From NCBI GenBank assembly GCA_964495755.1, contig CAZBXU010000003.1:1-49639 (forward strand): DNA of 49,639 nucleotides, given 5' to 3'. The stretch's first letter is position 1. Each line of letters begins with the position of its first letter. Below are positions 25,848 through 34,993 of this stretch, piece after piece. A model generated the notes under the pieces. That model made no database searches. It worked only from the letters and a program-made list of their open reading frames with translations, and was not told the DNA's origin. The stretch comes from an uncultured Spirochaetaceae bacterium (GTDB taxonomy: Bacteria > Spirochaetota > Spirochaetia > SZUA-6 > DRHE01). The position numbers and the translations under genes were made by a program.

Positions 25848-27319
25848 GACAGGGGGATTTCCACTTTAAAGATGCTGCCCTTGCCGGGAGCACTCTCCGC
25901 ATTTATTTGCCCCTGGTGCAGCTCGATCAGCCGCTTGACCAGACTCAGGCCCAGACCCGTCCCTGGTATATCAGCTGTGTGTTCGTTCTTGACACGGTAA
26001 AATTCGTCGAAGACTTTGTCCAACTCCGGCTGAGTCATTCCGATCCCCGTGTCCTGCACACTGACGGCAGCGTACAGGCCGTTTTGAGCCACCTGGACTG
26101 TCACCTTACCCTGCTCCGCGGTGTATTTGATCGCATTGTCGATTAAATTGGAGAAGACCAGGAGCAGGGCTTCCCTGTCAGCCAGGGCGGTTTTTTCTTT
26201 CTCGGGGAGAAGCTCATTCAGGGTAAGATCGATACCCTTGCCGGCGGCTCTCTCTCTCGCTGCTTCCACAGCCTCGCGAACGATTTCAACCATATCTACA
26301 CTGGTACGGTGCAGCTCAAAATTGCCGGTCTCAATGGCGGTGATGCTGAGAAGCTCCGATATGAGAATACGCAGCGTCCTCACCCGGAGGTGCGAACGTT
26401 CTATCATGTGTCTTTCCTCCTCCGGATCATGCCCTGCCAACCCGCTGAGCAGCAGGTTGAGCCACCCTTCAGTTGCCGCCAGCGGGCTTTTCAGCTCGTG
26501 GGCCACCATGGAGACGAACATCGATTTGGCGGTCTCCAACTTCTTCAGCTCGGTGATGTCCCGAAATACCGCCACCGCCCCTGAGGTCTCACCGCCCGGT
26601 TCAATCACCGGACTCACGTTTACCATATAGGTGTTTTTCCCGATTGCCAGCTCCCGGGAGACGATCCTGGGACCGGGGTCCCCCTCAAGGACTTCATCGA
26701 TCAGCTCATCTGTTTTCGGATACTCCAGCTCGGAGAGGGAGAAAGGCACGTTTTGCCTCGATGCCTTTGGGAAAATACGGGCGGCGGTGTTGTTACGCAG
26801 CACGACCAGCTTCTCCAGGTTGATGACCAGCAGACCATCGGTGATACATTTGAGGATCGTACTGCACTTCGATCGCTCCGAGGCGACTTCAAGCAGGCGC
26901 TTCTCCCTTTCCTCCCGCAGACGTTTGGCCTCGAGAGCCAGAGCCTGACGCTCCAGGCCGTTGCGGATGGCAAGCAGGAGCTCCTCCGGGGTGAAGGGCT
27001 TGGGGATATAGCTGTAGGCGCCCTGCTTGGTGCCCTCCACCGCCGTATCGATGGTGGCGTAGGCGGTGATGACGATCAGGAGAAGATCAGGATCCAGCGC
27101 CCTGAGCCTCTTGATCAACTCCAGGCCCCCGAGACGGGGCATCAGCAGGTCGACGAGGGCGAATGAATAGTGGGGGTCATTTTCGAAGATCTCGAGAGCC
27201 TCGATCCCATCACAGGCAGTGGTTACCTCGAATCCTTCTTCCGTAAGGATTTTACGGCAGCCTTCACGGATGCCGAACTCGTCATCCACAATCAGGGCAC
27301 GAATCCCATGGTCGTTCAT
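25844..27319 (-). CDS. Soluble hybrid sensor: receiver - PAS - HisKA - HATPase_c
   Basis: The REC domain has ALVDLLMP. A PAS-like segment follows, then the H-box MVAHELKSPLAATEG and the G-boxes DTGIGM and GTGLGLSLV. There are no TM helices. Confidence 0.85.
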   Translation of the reverse strand: MNDHGIRALIVDDEFGIREGCRKILTEEGFEVTTACDGIEALEIFENDPHYSFALVDLLMPRLGGLELIKRLRALDPDLLLIVITAYATIDTAVEGTKQGAYSYIPKPFTPEELLLAIRNGLERQALALEAKRLREEREKRLLEVASERSKCSTILKCITDGLLVINLEKLVVLRNNTAARIFPKASRQNVPFSLSELEYPKTDELIDEVLEGDPGPRIVSRELAIGKNTYMVNVSPVIEPGGETSGAVAVFRDITELKKLETAKSMFVSMVAHELKSPLAATEGWLNLLLSGLAGHDPEEERHMIERSHLRVRTLRILISELLSITAIETGNFELHRTSVDMVEIVREAVEAARERAAGKGIDLTLNELLPEKEKTALADREALLLVFSNLIDNAIKYTAEQGKVTVQVAQNGLYAAVSVQDTGIGMTQPELDKVFDEFYRVKNEHTADIPGTGLGLSLVKRLIELHQGQINAESAPGKGSIFKVEIPLS

Positions 27320-27714
27320 GCGAGGAGCTCCTCCACTTTGCTAATAAGCACCTCGGGGGAGACGGGCTTGTCGAAGAAGGCGTCGGCCCGCATCGCTTCC
27401 AGCTCCTCTTGGCTTCGCGGGTTGAAGTCGAATCCCCGCCTACTGGCCGCCGCTGTCACTATGATTACCGGTATGTCTGTGAACCTGGGGTCGGATTTGA
27501 TTTTTTTGGCCAGAGAGAACCCGGAGTCGAGACTCTTCATCATCAGATCCGTCACCACCAGCTTCGGCGCCTCGGCCTCCATGCTCTGCCAGGCTTGATC
27601 GGCGTCGCTGAAGCAGCTGACCCGGTACCCTTTCGCTTTCAATATGCCGCTGTTCATCTCCAGGAAATCAATGTCGTCGTCAACCAGCACGATCGATGGT
27701 TTTGTTCCTGTCAT
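27316..27714 (-). CDS. Stand-alone response-regulator receiver protein
   Basis: 132 aa, REC domain only (IVLVDDD..., phospho-Asp context LVVTDLMM, IPVIIVTA). Confidence 0.85.
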   Translation of the reverse strand: MTGTKPSIVLVDDDIDFLEMNSGILKAKGYRVSCFSDADQAWQSMEAEAPKLVVTDLMMKSLDSGFSLAKKIKSDPRFTDIPVIIVTAAASRRGFDFNPRSQEELEAMRADAFFDKPVSPEVLISKVEELLA

Positions 27715-27718
27715 GCCT

Positions 27719-28114
27719 CTACCCTCGCAAGATCTTGTTGATCACATCGAGCAACAGCAGCGGCTCTACCGGTTTCTCGATCAGGGCATCAACGGGTAAC
27801 CAGGTCTCGTCAGGCTCGATATGGAAAGGAATTGTGTCGCTTACCGATGTGATCATGACCAGAGGAATGGTTTTTGTGTGCTCGCAATTTCGCAGTTCCC
27901 GGGAAAGATTGAATCCGATAACCTCACTTTCCATCATCATGTCCAGGATGATCAGGTCCGGTTTCCTGCTGTTGACCTGCTCCAGACATTCCCTGCCGCT
28001 GTAGGCAGTAAGTACCCTGTAGCCGTGATCGGCGAGCAGCTTGCGGTGCATCTCCATGAAATCCGCATCGTCGTCCACCAACAGCACTGTTTTTCTTACT
28101 CTTCGCGTGCTCAT
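27719..28114 (-). CDS. Stand-alone response-regulator receiver protein
   Basis: 131 aa, REC domain only (VLLVDDD..., LIILDMMM, IPLVMITS). It is a paralogue of the next gene and has an ATGA overlap with the upstream kinase. Confidence 0.85.
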   Translation of the reverse strand: MSTRRVRKTVLLVDDDADFMEMHRKLLADHGYRVLTAYSGRECLEQVNSRKPDLIILDMMMESEVIGFNLSRELRNCEHTKTIPLVMITSVSDTIPFHIEPDETWLPVDALIEKPVEPLLLLDVINKILRG

Positions 28115-30135
28115 GGCGGCTCTCCTATTCCAACCATCTGTTTTGTCTTGGCGTCATTCAGCGGCAGCCGGATGGTGAAGGCAGTCCCTTTTCCGACGTC
28201 GCTGTCAACCGAGATCTCTCCTGAGTGCATTTTTACCACCCCATACACGATGGACAGCCCCATTCCCGTTCCCTTGCCGAGCTGCTTGGTGGTGAAGAAG
28301 GGAGTGAAGATCTCAGAAAGGACCTCCTTCGGAATCCCTTGGCCCGTGTCACGGACCAGGATTTCTAAACAGTCATCATCTTCGGGTTTGCGAACCGAGA
28401 TCACGACCTTCCCTGCTTTTTCGATGGCGTCGATCCCGTTTTGGATCAGGTTTACCAGCATCTGCCGGATCTGGTCAGCGTCGATTTTTACCTCGGGAAG
28501 GTCAGGCTGGATTTCGCTTTCTATAGTAACTTGCGAATCCTGGGCCTTCAGCCGCGTATTGGCGATGACCTCTCCTATCAGCGCAGCCAGGTTCGTTTGT
28601 TCCCTTGCCACGCGGGACTGGCGGGCAAAGTCCAGAAGGCCCCGCATGATGTTGCGGCAGCGCGTCGCCTCGCTCAGGATCATCTGCACGTCCTCCGACC
28701 CGGCATCCTCTTTCTTGCGGTGTTTCAGGAGCATGTGGGAGTACAGAAGGATCGTGCTCAGCGGATTGTTGATTTCATGGGCCACTCCGGCGGAGATCTG
28801 GCCCATGGAGGCCAGACGCTCGGTCTGAATCAGACGGCTCTGCGCCGAAGCCAGCTCCCGGTGGGACTCCTGCAGCTCCTTCAGAGTCGTTTCCAGCTCC
28901 TCCACCAGGTAGGGCAGGCACATCTCGATCTCAGCCAGGCCCTGGCACACGGCGATGGCCTTCTCGCGACAGGTGGGATATCCGCAGGAGCCGCAGTTCA
29001 GCTGATCCTCCGGCCCGAACTTGCGCATGGCCTTGAGGGCCTCGGCGATTTCCTCTTCGGAAGGCTGCGGCAGCAGCACGGTCTGGCGGGTAAACTGTCG
29101 GGAAAGGTCCAGATCGTCGAACTCCGCCAGAGCTTCTGTCAGCTCCCGCCGGACGGTGAAACGATTCTGCTCGATGATGTAATCTGTAAGCAGTTCTTTA
29201 CGGGTAAAGACACTCATTTCCACGGGTATCTTCGGCCCGTTGATGCAGCCCTCGCAGAACAGCAGGTCGAACAGCTTGGCCTTGCTCTTGCCCGCCTCCA
29301 GCTCTTTGAGCACCTCCAGCACCCTGTCCTTGCCTTCGGTGATCAGAACGTCGTTTTCCAGAATATCCGCCTGCAGCCCTGTGGTGCGCAGCAGTCCTCC
29401 GGAGATGGGGAAGGTCCTGCCCAGGTAGCAGGGAGGCCCGTCGAAGTCGCTGATCTTTTCCTGTTCCGGATCGATCCCGGCCTCAGAAACCATGGCGAGC
29501 ATTTCCTCGAAGGTGAGAACCGCATCGACGGTTCCCTGCACGAAGGGGTCCTTGATCTCGTTCTTCTTGGCGATGCAGGGTCCGATGAAGACGATCCGAA
29601 CCCCGGAGCCGTAGCGTTGGCGGATGGCTCTGCCCACGGCAATCATGGGACTGACGATGGGAGCCAGGGCATCGTGAAGGGACGGCATGTATTTCTCTAT
29701 GTAGGACACGATGGCCGGACAGGGTGTGGAGATCACGTATTTACCATTCTGGAGTGCGTCTTTGAATACTTTGGAGTATTCCCGGCTGATCAACTCGGCT
29801 CCGAAGGAGACTTCCCAGATATCCCCGAATCCCAGCTTGCGCAAGCTGGCGACGATCCGTCCGGGATGGGTGGGGTGGAAGGCAACGGGAAAGGAAGGGG
29901 CCAAACAGGCAAAGGTCCTCTCCTTGCCCTCCAGGAGGTTCCGAACCAGCATGGTGCTGTCCTCGATCCGTTTGGCCTTCTGGGCGCAGACCTTCACGCA
30001 GTTTCCGCAGCAGATGCACTGCTCCTCGATGACGGTGGCCTGTCCTCCGATGACCTTGATCGCCTTGGCCGGGCATTCCCGAACGCAGGAGTAGCAGCGT
30101 TTGCACTTCTCCGGAATCGTCTCAACGATGCCCAT
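28111..30135 (-). CDS. Sensory [FeFe]-hydrogenase-like protein fused to a histidine kinase (HydS-HK, group C-like)
   Basis: It has two 4Fe-4S motifs (CKRCYSCVRECP, CICCGNCVKVCA). The H-cluster-like motifs are degenerate: ISTPCPAIV, IGPCIAKKNE and LFCEGCINGP. CGSCGYPTC-x16-C follows, then the H-box GVAHEINNPL and HATPase_c (DTGQGIP, GTGMGLSIV). Confidence 0.8.
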   Translation of the reverse strand: MGIVETIPEKCKRCYSCVRECPAKAIKVIGGQATVIEEQCICCGNCVKVCAQKAKRIEDSTMLVRNLLEGKERTFACLAPSFPVAFHPTHPGRIVASLRKLGFGDIWEVSFGAELISREYSKVFKDALQNGKYVISTPCPAIVSYIEKYMPSLHDALAPIVSPMIAVGRAIRQRYGSGVRIVFIGPCIAKKNEIKDPFVQGTVDAVLTFEEMLAMVSEAGIDPEQEKISDFDGPPCYLGRTFPISGGLLRTTGLQADILENDVLITEGKDRVLEVLKELEAGKSKAKLFDLLFCEGCINGPKIPVEMSVFTRKELLTDYIIEQNRFTVRRELTEALAEFDDLDLSRQFTRQTVLLPQPSEEEIAEALKAMRKFGPEDQLNCGSCGYPTCREKAIAVCQGLAEIEMCLPYLVEELETTLKELQESHRELASAQSRLIQTERLASMGQISAGVAHEINNPLSTILLYSHMLLKHRKKEDAGSEDVQMILSEATRCRNIMRGLLDFARQSRVAREQTNLAALIGEVIANTRLKAQDSQVTIESEIQPDLPEVKIDADQIRQMLVNLIQNGIDAIEKAGKVVISVRKPEDDDCLEILVRDTGQGIPKEVLSEIFTPFFTTKQLGKGTGMGLSIVYGVVKMHSGEISVDSDVGKGTAFTIRLPLNDAKTKQMVGIGEPP

Positions 30136-30149
30136 CGTTATCCCCTATC

Positions 30150-31928
30150 TCACACTCGCGCTCTCGGGGTGTAGGAGGTGTGCAGCAGGTGGTGGGACTT
30201 CTCCCCGAGGGGTTTCTTCAAGTACTGCTCGTAGATCAACTTGATCTCCGGGTTGTGGTGGGAGGCACGCACCTCTTTGCCCTCATCCTCCTTGTAGATG
30301 GCGGCGATACGGGCCTTGCGTACCTCGTCGCTGGTCAGCCGGGGTTGGCCGCCGCCGCCGATACACCCGCCGGGACAGGTCATGATCTCCACGAAGTGAT
30401 ACTGAGCTTCCGGAGAACCGCTCTTGATGTGCTCGATCACCTTCCGGGCGTTGCCCAGCCCGTGGGCCACGGCCACTTTCAGGGTCACACCTTCGAGGAA
30501 AGACCACTCCGGCAATGTGTCAGTGATTGTGAGGGCTGCTTCCTTTACTCCCTCCAGTCCCATGATCGGTGTGACGTGCAGATTGGGGAAGGGCAGTGGT
30601 CGCCCGGTCACCAGCTCGTAAGCTGTGCGCAGGGCTGCCTCCATGACGCCACCCGTGTTGGCAAAGATATCCGCAGCTCCCGAGGACATGCCCAGGAGTC
30701 TATCCATCTTTTCATCGGGAAGGCCGGCAAAATCGATCCCCGCCTGTTTGATCATTCGCCCCAGCTCTCGGGTGGTGAGCACGATGTCGACGTCTCTCAC
30801 CCCGCTGCCGTTCATCTCCGGCCGCCCGGCCTCGTACTTCTTGGCCGTGCAGGGCATCACCGATACGACCACGATCTCCTCGGGACGCTTGCCTAAGCTT
30901 TCAGCGTAGTAGGTCTTGGCCACCGCGCCGAACATCTGTTGAGGGCTCTTACAGGTGGAGATGTTCGGTAGAAACTCGGGGTAGAAGTGCTCGGCATATT
31001 TGATCCAGCCCGGCGAGCAGCTGGTGAACTGGGGCAGGGCTACAGATTTTCCCTCCACCAGGGCCTGCTTCAATCGGCTGAGCAGCTCGTTGCCCTCCTC
31101 CATGATGGTCAGATCGGCGGCGAAGTTGGTGTCGAATACGCCGTCGAAGCCGAGGCGCCGGAGTGCGCTGACCATTTTTCCTGTCACCAGGGTTCCGGGG
31201 GGATAATCGAAGCACTCCCCCAGGGCGGCCCGGATGGCCGGAGCGGTCTGCACCACAACGTGTTTTGCAGGGTCGTCCAGGGCGGCCCAGACCTCATCGA
31301 TCTGGTCCCGCTCGATGATCGCTCCTACGGGGCAGACGGCGGCACACTGGCCGCACTGCACACAGACCACGTCCTCCAGGTTGCTGCAGAAGGCCGGTCC
31401 GATCACCGAGGCGAATCCCCGATTCTGGGGAAAGATTGCCGCCACGCCCTGGACCTGCCCGCAGACGGTTACGCAGCGGCGGCAGAGGATGCACTTGGCC
31501 GAATCCCTCACCAGCGCCGCAGTGCTGACATCGGTGAGCCGGACACTTTTTTCCCCGGAAAACTCGATCTCCCGAATCCCCAGTTCCTTGGCCAGGGACT
31601 GAAGCTCGCAGTCTCCGTTCCGGTCGCAGATCTGACAGTCTCCCTCGTGGTCTGAGAGGATCAACTCTACCACCGTTCGGCGGGCTTCCCGAACCCGTCG
31701 GGTGTTGGTATGGACTGCCATCCCCTCTGCTGCGGGAGTGACGCAGGAGGGGACCAGTGTCTTTGCTCCCTCCACTTCCACCAGGCAGACCCGGCAGGCG
31801 CCGATGGCCTGGACATTTTCCAGATAGCACAAGGTGGGAATGTGGATCCCGGCCTGGCGGGCCGCTTCAAGCAGGGTGGTCCCTTCGGGAACCTCGATCT
31901 TCCTATTGTCTATACTTAGTGTTGGCAT
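30150..31928 (-). CDS. hydA: [FeFe] hydrogenase catalytic subunit, M3 architecture, non-canonical L1 motif
   Basis: The N-terminus has a 2Fe-2S domain, the His-ligated cluster HEGDCQICDRNGDC and two 4Fe-4S motifs. L1 reads FTSCSPGW, L2 VMPCTAKKYE and L3 EIMTCPGGCIGGGGQP. Confidence 0.85.
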   Translation of the reverse strand: MPTLSIDNRKIEVPEGTTLLEAARQAGIHIPTLCYLENVQAIGACRVCLVEVEGAKTLVPSCVTPAAEGMAVHTNTRRVREARRTVVELILSDHEGDCQICDRNGDCELQSLAKELGIREIEFSGEKSVRLTDVSTAALVRDSAKCILCRRCVTVCGQVQGVAAIFPQNRGFASVIGPAFCSNLEDVVCVQCGQCAAVCPVGAIIERDQIDEVWAALDDPAKHVVVQTAPAIRAALGECFDYPPGTLVTGKMVSALRRLGFDGVFDTNFAADLTIMEEGNELLSRLKQALVEGKSVALPQFTSCSPGWIKYAEHFYPEFLPNISTCKSPQQMFGAVAKTYYAESLGKRPEEIVVVSVMPCTAKKYEAGRPEMNGSGVRDVDIVLTTRELGRMIKQAGIDFAGLPDEKMDRLLGMSSGAADIFANTGGVMEAALRTAYELVTGRPLPFPNLHVTPIMGLEGVKEAALTITDTLPEWSFLEGVTLKVAVAHGLGNARKVIEHIKSGSPEAQYHFVEIMTCPGGCIGGGGQPRLTSDEVRKARIAAIYKEDEGKEVRASHHNPEIKLIYEQYLKKPLGEKSHHLLHTSYTPRARV

Positions 31929-31932
31929 ACCG

Positions 31933-34900
31933 TTACTCTCCTGATTCTGGTTCTCTATAGTCGCAGCGCAAACAGCGCTTTGCTTCCGCTAAAGCCACGT
32001 TTCGGGTCCAGGTGGCCTCTACCTCGGTGAAGCTCCCCTTGCGTTTGCTAACGGGTATGAGCTTCGGGGCCGCCCGAGGTGTCTCGACGGGATCCGCCTC
32101 GGGATCGAAGAAGGTGTCTACCTCGTGGTCCTTCCGCCAGAAGGCCCGATTTTTGCCGCCGAGGAACAGATCGATGCCTACGGCTGCCTTCTCACCGGCT
32201 GCCACCGCCTCGATCACCGAGGAGGGACCGCTGACGGCATCCCCACCGGCAAAGATCCAGGATTCCGAGGTTTGTCCATTGTTCGAGTCCACTGCGATGT
32301 AGCCCATCTCGTTGAGCTTCAAGCGTACCCCGTCGAAGATTTTCGCCGGGTCGAGGGTCTGACCGATTGCCGGGATCAGCAGGTCCGCAGGCAGCGTGTA
32401 CTCGGAGTCCTTCTTAGCCACCGGCCGGCGCCTTCCGCTCCTGTCGAACTCACCGAGCTCCATGCTCTGCAGACGCACCTGCTCAAGCTTACCTCTGTTG
32501 GCGGTCAGCTCGACAGGGGCAGCGAGGAACTCGAAGCGAACTCCCTCTTTCTCAGCCTCCTCGACCTCTTCTTCATAGGCGGGCATCTCGGCCCGGGTGC
32601 GGCGGTAGACCACGGTCACAGTCTCGGCGCCGAGGCGCAGGGCGGTGCGGGCGGCGTCCACCGCGGCGTTTCCGCCTCCCACCACTACCACGTTGCCGCC
32701 GACCTTCTGCTTGCCGTTGAGGTTGTACGCCCTTAAGAATTCGATGGCTTCGGTGCATCCCGGCATGGTTTCTCCCTCCAGGCGCAGGCCCATGCCGTCG
32801 GGGGCGCCTACGGCGAGGAACAGCGCATCATATCCCTGATCCTTAAGCTTCTCGATAGTGAAGTCCCTGCCCAGACGTTTTCCGGTTTTGATCTTCACCC
32901 CGAGCTTACGAATCATGTCGACGTCCTTACCGAGAAGCTCCCGGGGCAGCCTGTAGGCGGGAATGGCTTGAGCCAGCATCCCCCCCGGCATATCTTGAGC
33001 CTCGAAGACTTCGGGCCGGTAACCCAGTCGGGCCAGGAAATAGGCGCAGGCCAGACCCGCCGGTCCCGCTCCAACAATAGCTATCTTGCGCCCGGCTGCC
33101 TGCTCGTCGCTAAGAAAATCGGGCAGCTGAAGCTCCTTCTCCTGGTCGGAGAGGAAGCGCTTCAGAGCTCGGATAGACAGAGCCTCGTCCAGCGTGGAGC
33201 GGCGACACTTGCTTTCACAGGGGTGAAAGCAGACCCTGGAGCACACAGATACGAAGGGGTTGCGCTCCCGATGCAGCTTCAGCGCCTCTTCGTAGCGCTT
33301 CTCGGCGATCAGGCTGACGTACCCGGGTACATCGACCCCGGCGGGGCAGGCGTTCTGACATGGCGCCCGGACCAGCTCCGAACAGATCCCGGCCACGCAT
33401 TTCTTGTCCCGGATATGGGCCTCGAACTCCCCGCGGAAGTGCCGGATAGCCGAGAGCACAGGATTAGGAGCGGTCTGGCCCAGTCCACAGAGCGCCGTAT
33501 CCTTGATCACCTTACCCAGGCGAATCAGCCGTTCTATATCTCCCTCCTCGCCTTTACCGGCGCAGATGCGCTCGAGGATCTCCAGCATCCGCTTGGTGCC
33601 GATCCGGCAGGGGGCGCACTTGCCGCAGGACTCGTCCTGAACGAACTCGAGGAAGAAGCGGGCCATGTCCACCATGCAGGAGTCGTCGTCCATGATGATC
33701 AACCCGCCGGAGCCCATGATGGCTCCAAGCTCGGTCACACTCTCATAGTCCACGGGCACGTTCAGATGCTCCTTGGGGATGCAGCCGCCGGAGGGCCCGC
33801 CGATCTGGGCGGCTTTGAACTTCTTGCCGTCGGGGATCCCGCCGCCGATGTCGTAAACGATCTCCCCCAGGGGTATGCCAATGGGGACCTCCACCAGGCC
33901 GGTGTTCTTCACCGCCCCGGCTAGGGCAAACACCTTGGTGCCCTTGCTCATCTCGGTTCCGAAAGAGGCGTACCAGTCCGCTCCCTTCAAAAGAATGACC
34001 GGGATGTTGGCATAGGTCTCCACATTGTTGAGCAGGCTTGGCATGTCCCAAAGCCCCTTCTGGGCGGGGAAGGGAGGCCGGGGCCGCGGCTCTCCACGGT
34101 TGCCCTCGATGGAGGTCATCAGGGCCGTTTCTTCCCCGCATACGAAGGCACCGCTTCCCATGCGGATTTCCAGGTCGAAATCGAAGCCGGTGCCCATGAT
34201 GTTCTGGCCCAAGAGCCCGTATTCCCTTGCCTGTTGGATCGCCTTTCCCAGACGGTCGACCGCCAGGGGGTACTCGGCCCGGACGTACACGTAGCCTTGG
34301 GAGGCACCGATGGCGTAACCGGCGATGGCCATGGCCTCGATCACGCCGTGCGGGTCTCCCTCCAGCACGCTGCGGTCCATGAACGCTCCCGGGTCACCCT
34401 CATCGGCGTTGCAGAGCACGTACTTCACTTCTCCGGGAGATCTGCGGCAGAATTCCCACTTCAGGCCAGTGGGAAAGCCTGCACCGCCGCGGCCGCGCAG
34501 GCCCGAACGCTTGATCTCGTCGATCACCGCTTCCGGCTTCATCTCGGTAAGAGCCTTGGCCAGGGCCCGGTATCCGTCCCGGGCGATATACTCCTCGATG
34601 CGCAGGGGGTCGATCAGGCCGCAGTTGCGCAGCACGATCTTCACCTGTTTGCGGAAGAAGGACAACTCCTGCAGCGGCGGGGTCACCTGTCCAGCGACTC
34701 CCGCTTCGGCGGCCAGCTTGGAAACCACCCTGCCTTTGAGAAGGTGCTCCTCCACGATTTCCTCGGCATTTTCAGGCTTGAGGTTCTGGTAGAGGACGCC
34801 GTCCGGGTAGATTACAGCCACCGGGCCGGCAGCGCAGGGGCCTAGACAGCCTGTCTCGATAACCCGGATCTCTCCGTCCAGGCCGAAACGGTCTATCGCC

Positions 34901-34989
34901 TCCTTGAAGGCGGCGGACAGCTCAAGGGCTCCCGAGGCCACACAGCTGGCACCGGTACATATCAAAACGTTGCTTCGTGAACGATTCAT
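31933..34989 (-). CDS. hydB: HydB (NuoF-like, FMN/NADH) fused to a GltD/NfnB-like FAD/NAD(P)H oxidoreductase module
   Basis: 1018 aa. It opens with a thioredoxin-like 2Fe-2S domain (CTGASC...GCLGPC), then the NuoF core (GGAGFPTGLKW, ESCGKCAPCR). GltD-type Fe-S (CQNACPAGVDVPGY...CSRVCFHPCESKC) and two Rossmann motifs (IAIVGAGPAGLACAY, VVVVGGGNAAVDAART) follow. Confidence 0.8.
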   Translation of the reverse strand: MNRSRSNVLICTGASCVASGALELSAAFKEAIDRFGLDGEIRVIETGCLGPCAAGPVAVIYPDGVLYQNLKPENAEEIVEEHLLKGRVVSKLAAEAGVAGQVTPPLQELSFFRKQVKIVLRNCGLIDPLRIEEYIARDGYRALAKALTEMKPEAVIDEIKRSGLRGRGGAGFPTGLKWEFCRRSPGEVKYVLCNADEGDPGAFMDRSVLEGDPHGVIEAMAIAGYAIGASQGYVYVRAEYPLAVDRLGKAIQQAREYGLLGQNIMGTGFDFDLEIRMGSGAFVCGEETALMTSIEGNRGEPRPRPPFPAQKGLWDMPSLLNNVETYANIPVILLKGADWYASFGTEMSKGTKVFALAGAVKNTGLVEVPIGIPLGEIVYDIGGGIPDGKKFKAAQIGGPSGGCIPKEHLNVPVDYESVTELGAIMGSGGLIIMDDDSCMVDMARFFLEFVQDESCGKCAPCRIGTKRMLEILERICAGKGEEGDIERLIRLGKVIKDTALCGLGQTAPNPVLSAIRHFRGEFEAHIRDKKCVAGICSELVRAPCQNACPAGVDVPGYVSLIAEKRYEEALKLHRERNPFVSVCSRVCFHPCESKCRRSTLDEALSIRALKRFLSDQEKELQLPDFLSDEQAAGRKIAIVGAGPAGLACAYFLARLGYRPEVFEAQDMPGGMLAQAIPAYRLPRELLGKDVDMIRKLGVKIKTGKRLGRDFTIEKLKDQGYDALFLAVGAPDGMGLRLEGETMPGCTEAIEFLRAYNLNGKQKVGGNVVVVGGGNAAVDAARTALRLGAETVTVVYRRTRAEMPAYEEEVEEAEKEGVRFEFLAAPVELTANRGKLEQVRLQSMELGEFDRSGRRRPVAKKDSEYTLPADLLIPAIGQTLDPAKIFDGVRLKLNEMGYIAVDSNNGQTSESWIFAGGDAVSGPSSVIEAVAAGEKAAVGIDLFLGGKNRAFWRKDHEVDTFFDPEADPVETPRAAPKLIPVSKRKGSFTEVEATWTRNVALAEAKRCLRCDYREPESGE

Positions 34990-34993
34990 TGTC

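Noticed and set aside
27821-30174. Long plus-strand ORFs (335 aa at 27821-28828 and 577 aa at 28441-30174) antisense to the receiver and HydS-HK genes. Similar antisense ORFs lie at 30180-30896, 30987-31655, 32968-33924 and 34234-34845.
   Set aside because: They have no recognisable motifs and a biased composition (Gly/Leu/Gln/Asp/His runs). Each mirrors a minus-strand gene with unambiguous Fe-S, kinase or flavoprotein motifs.
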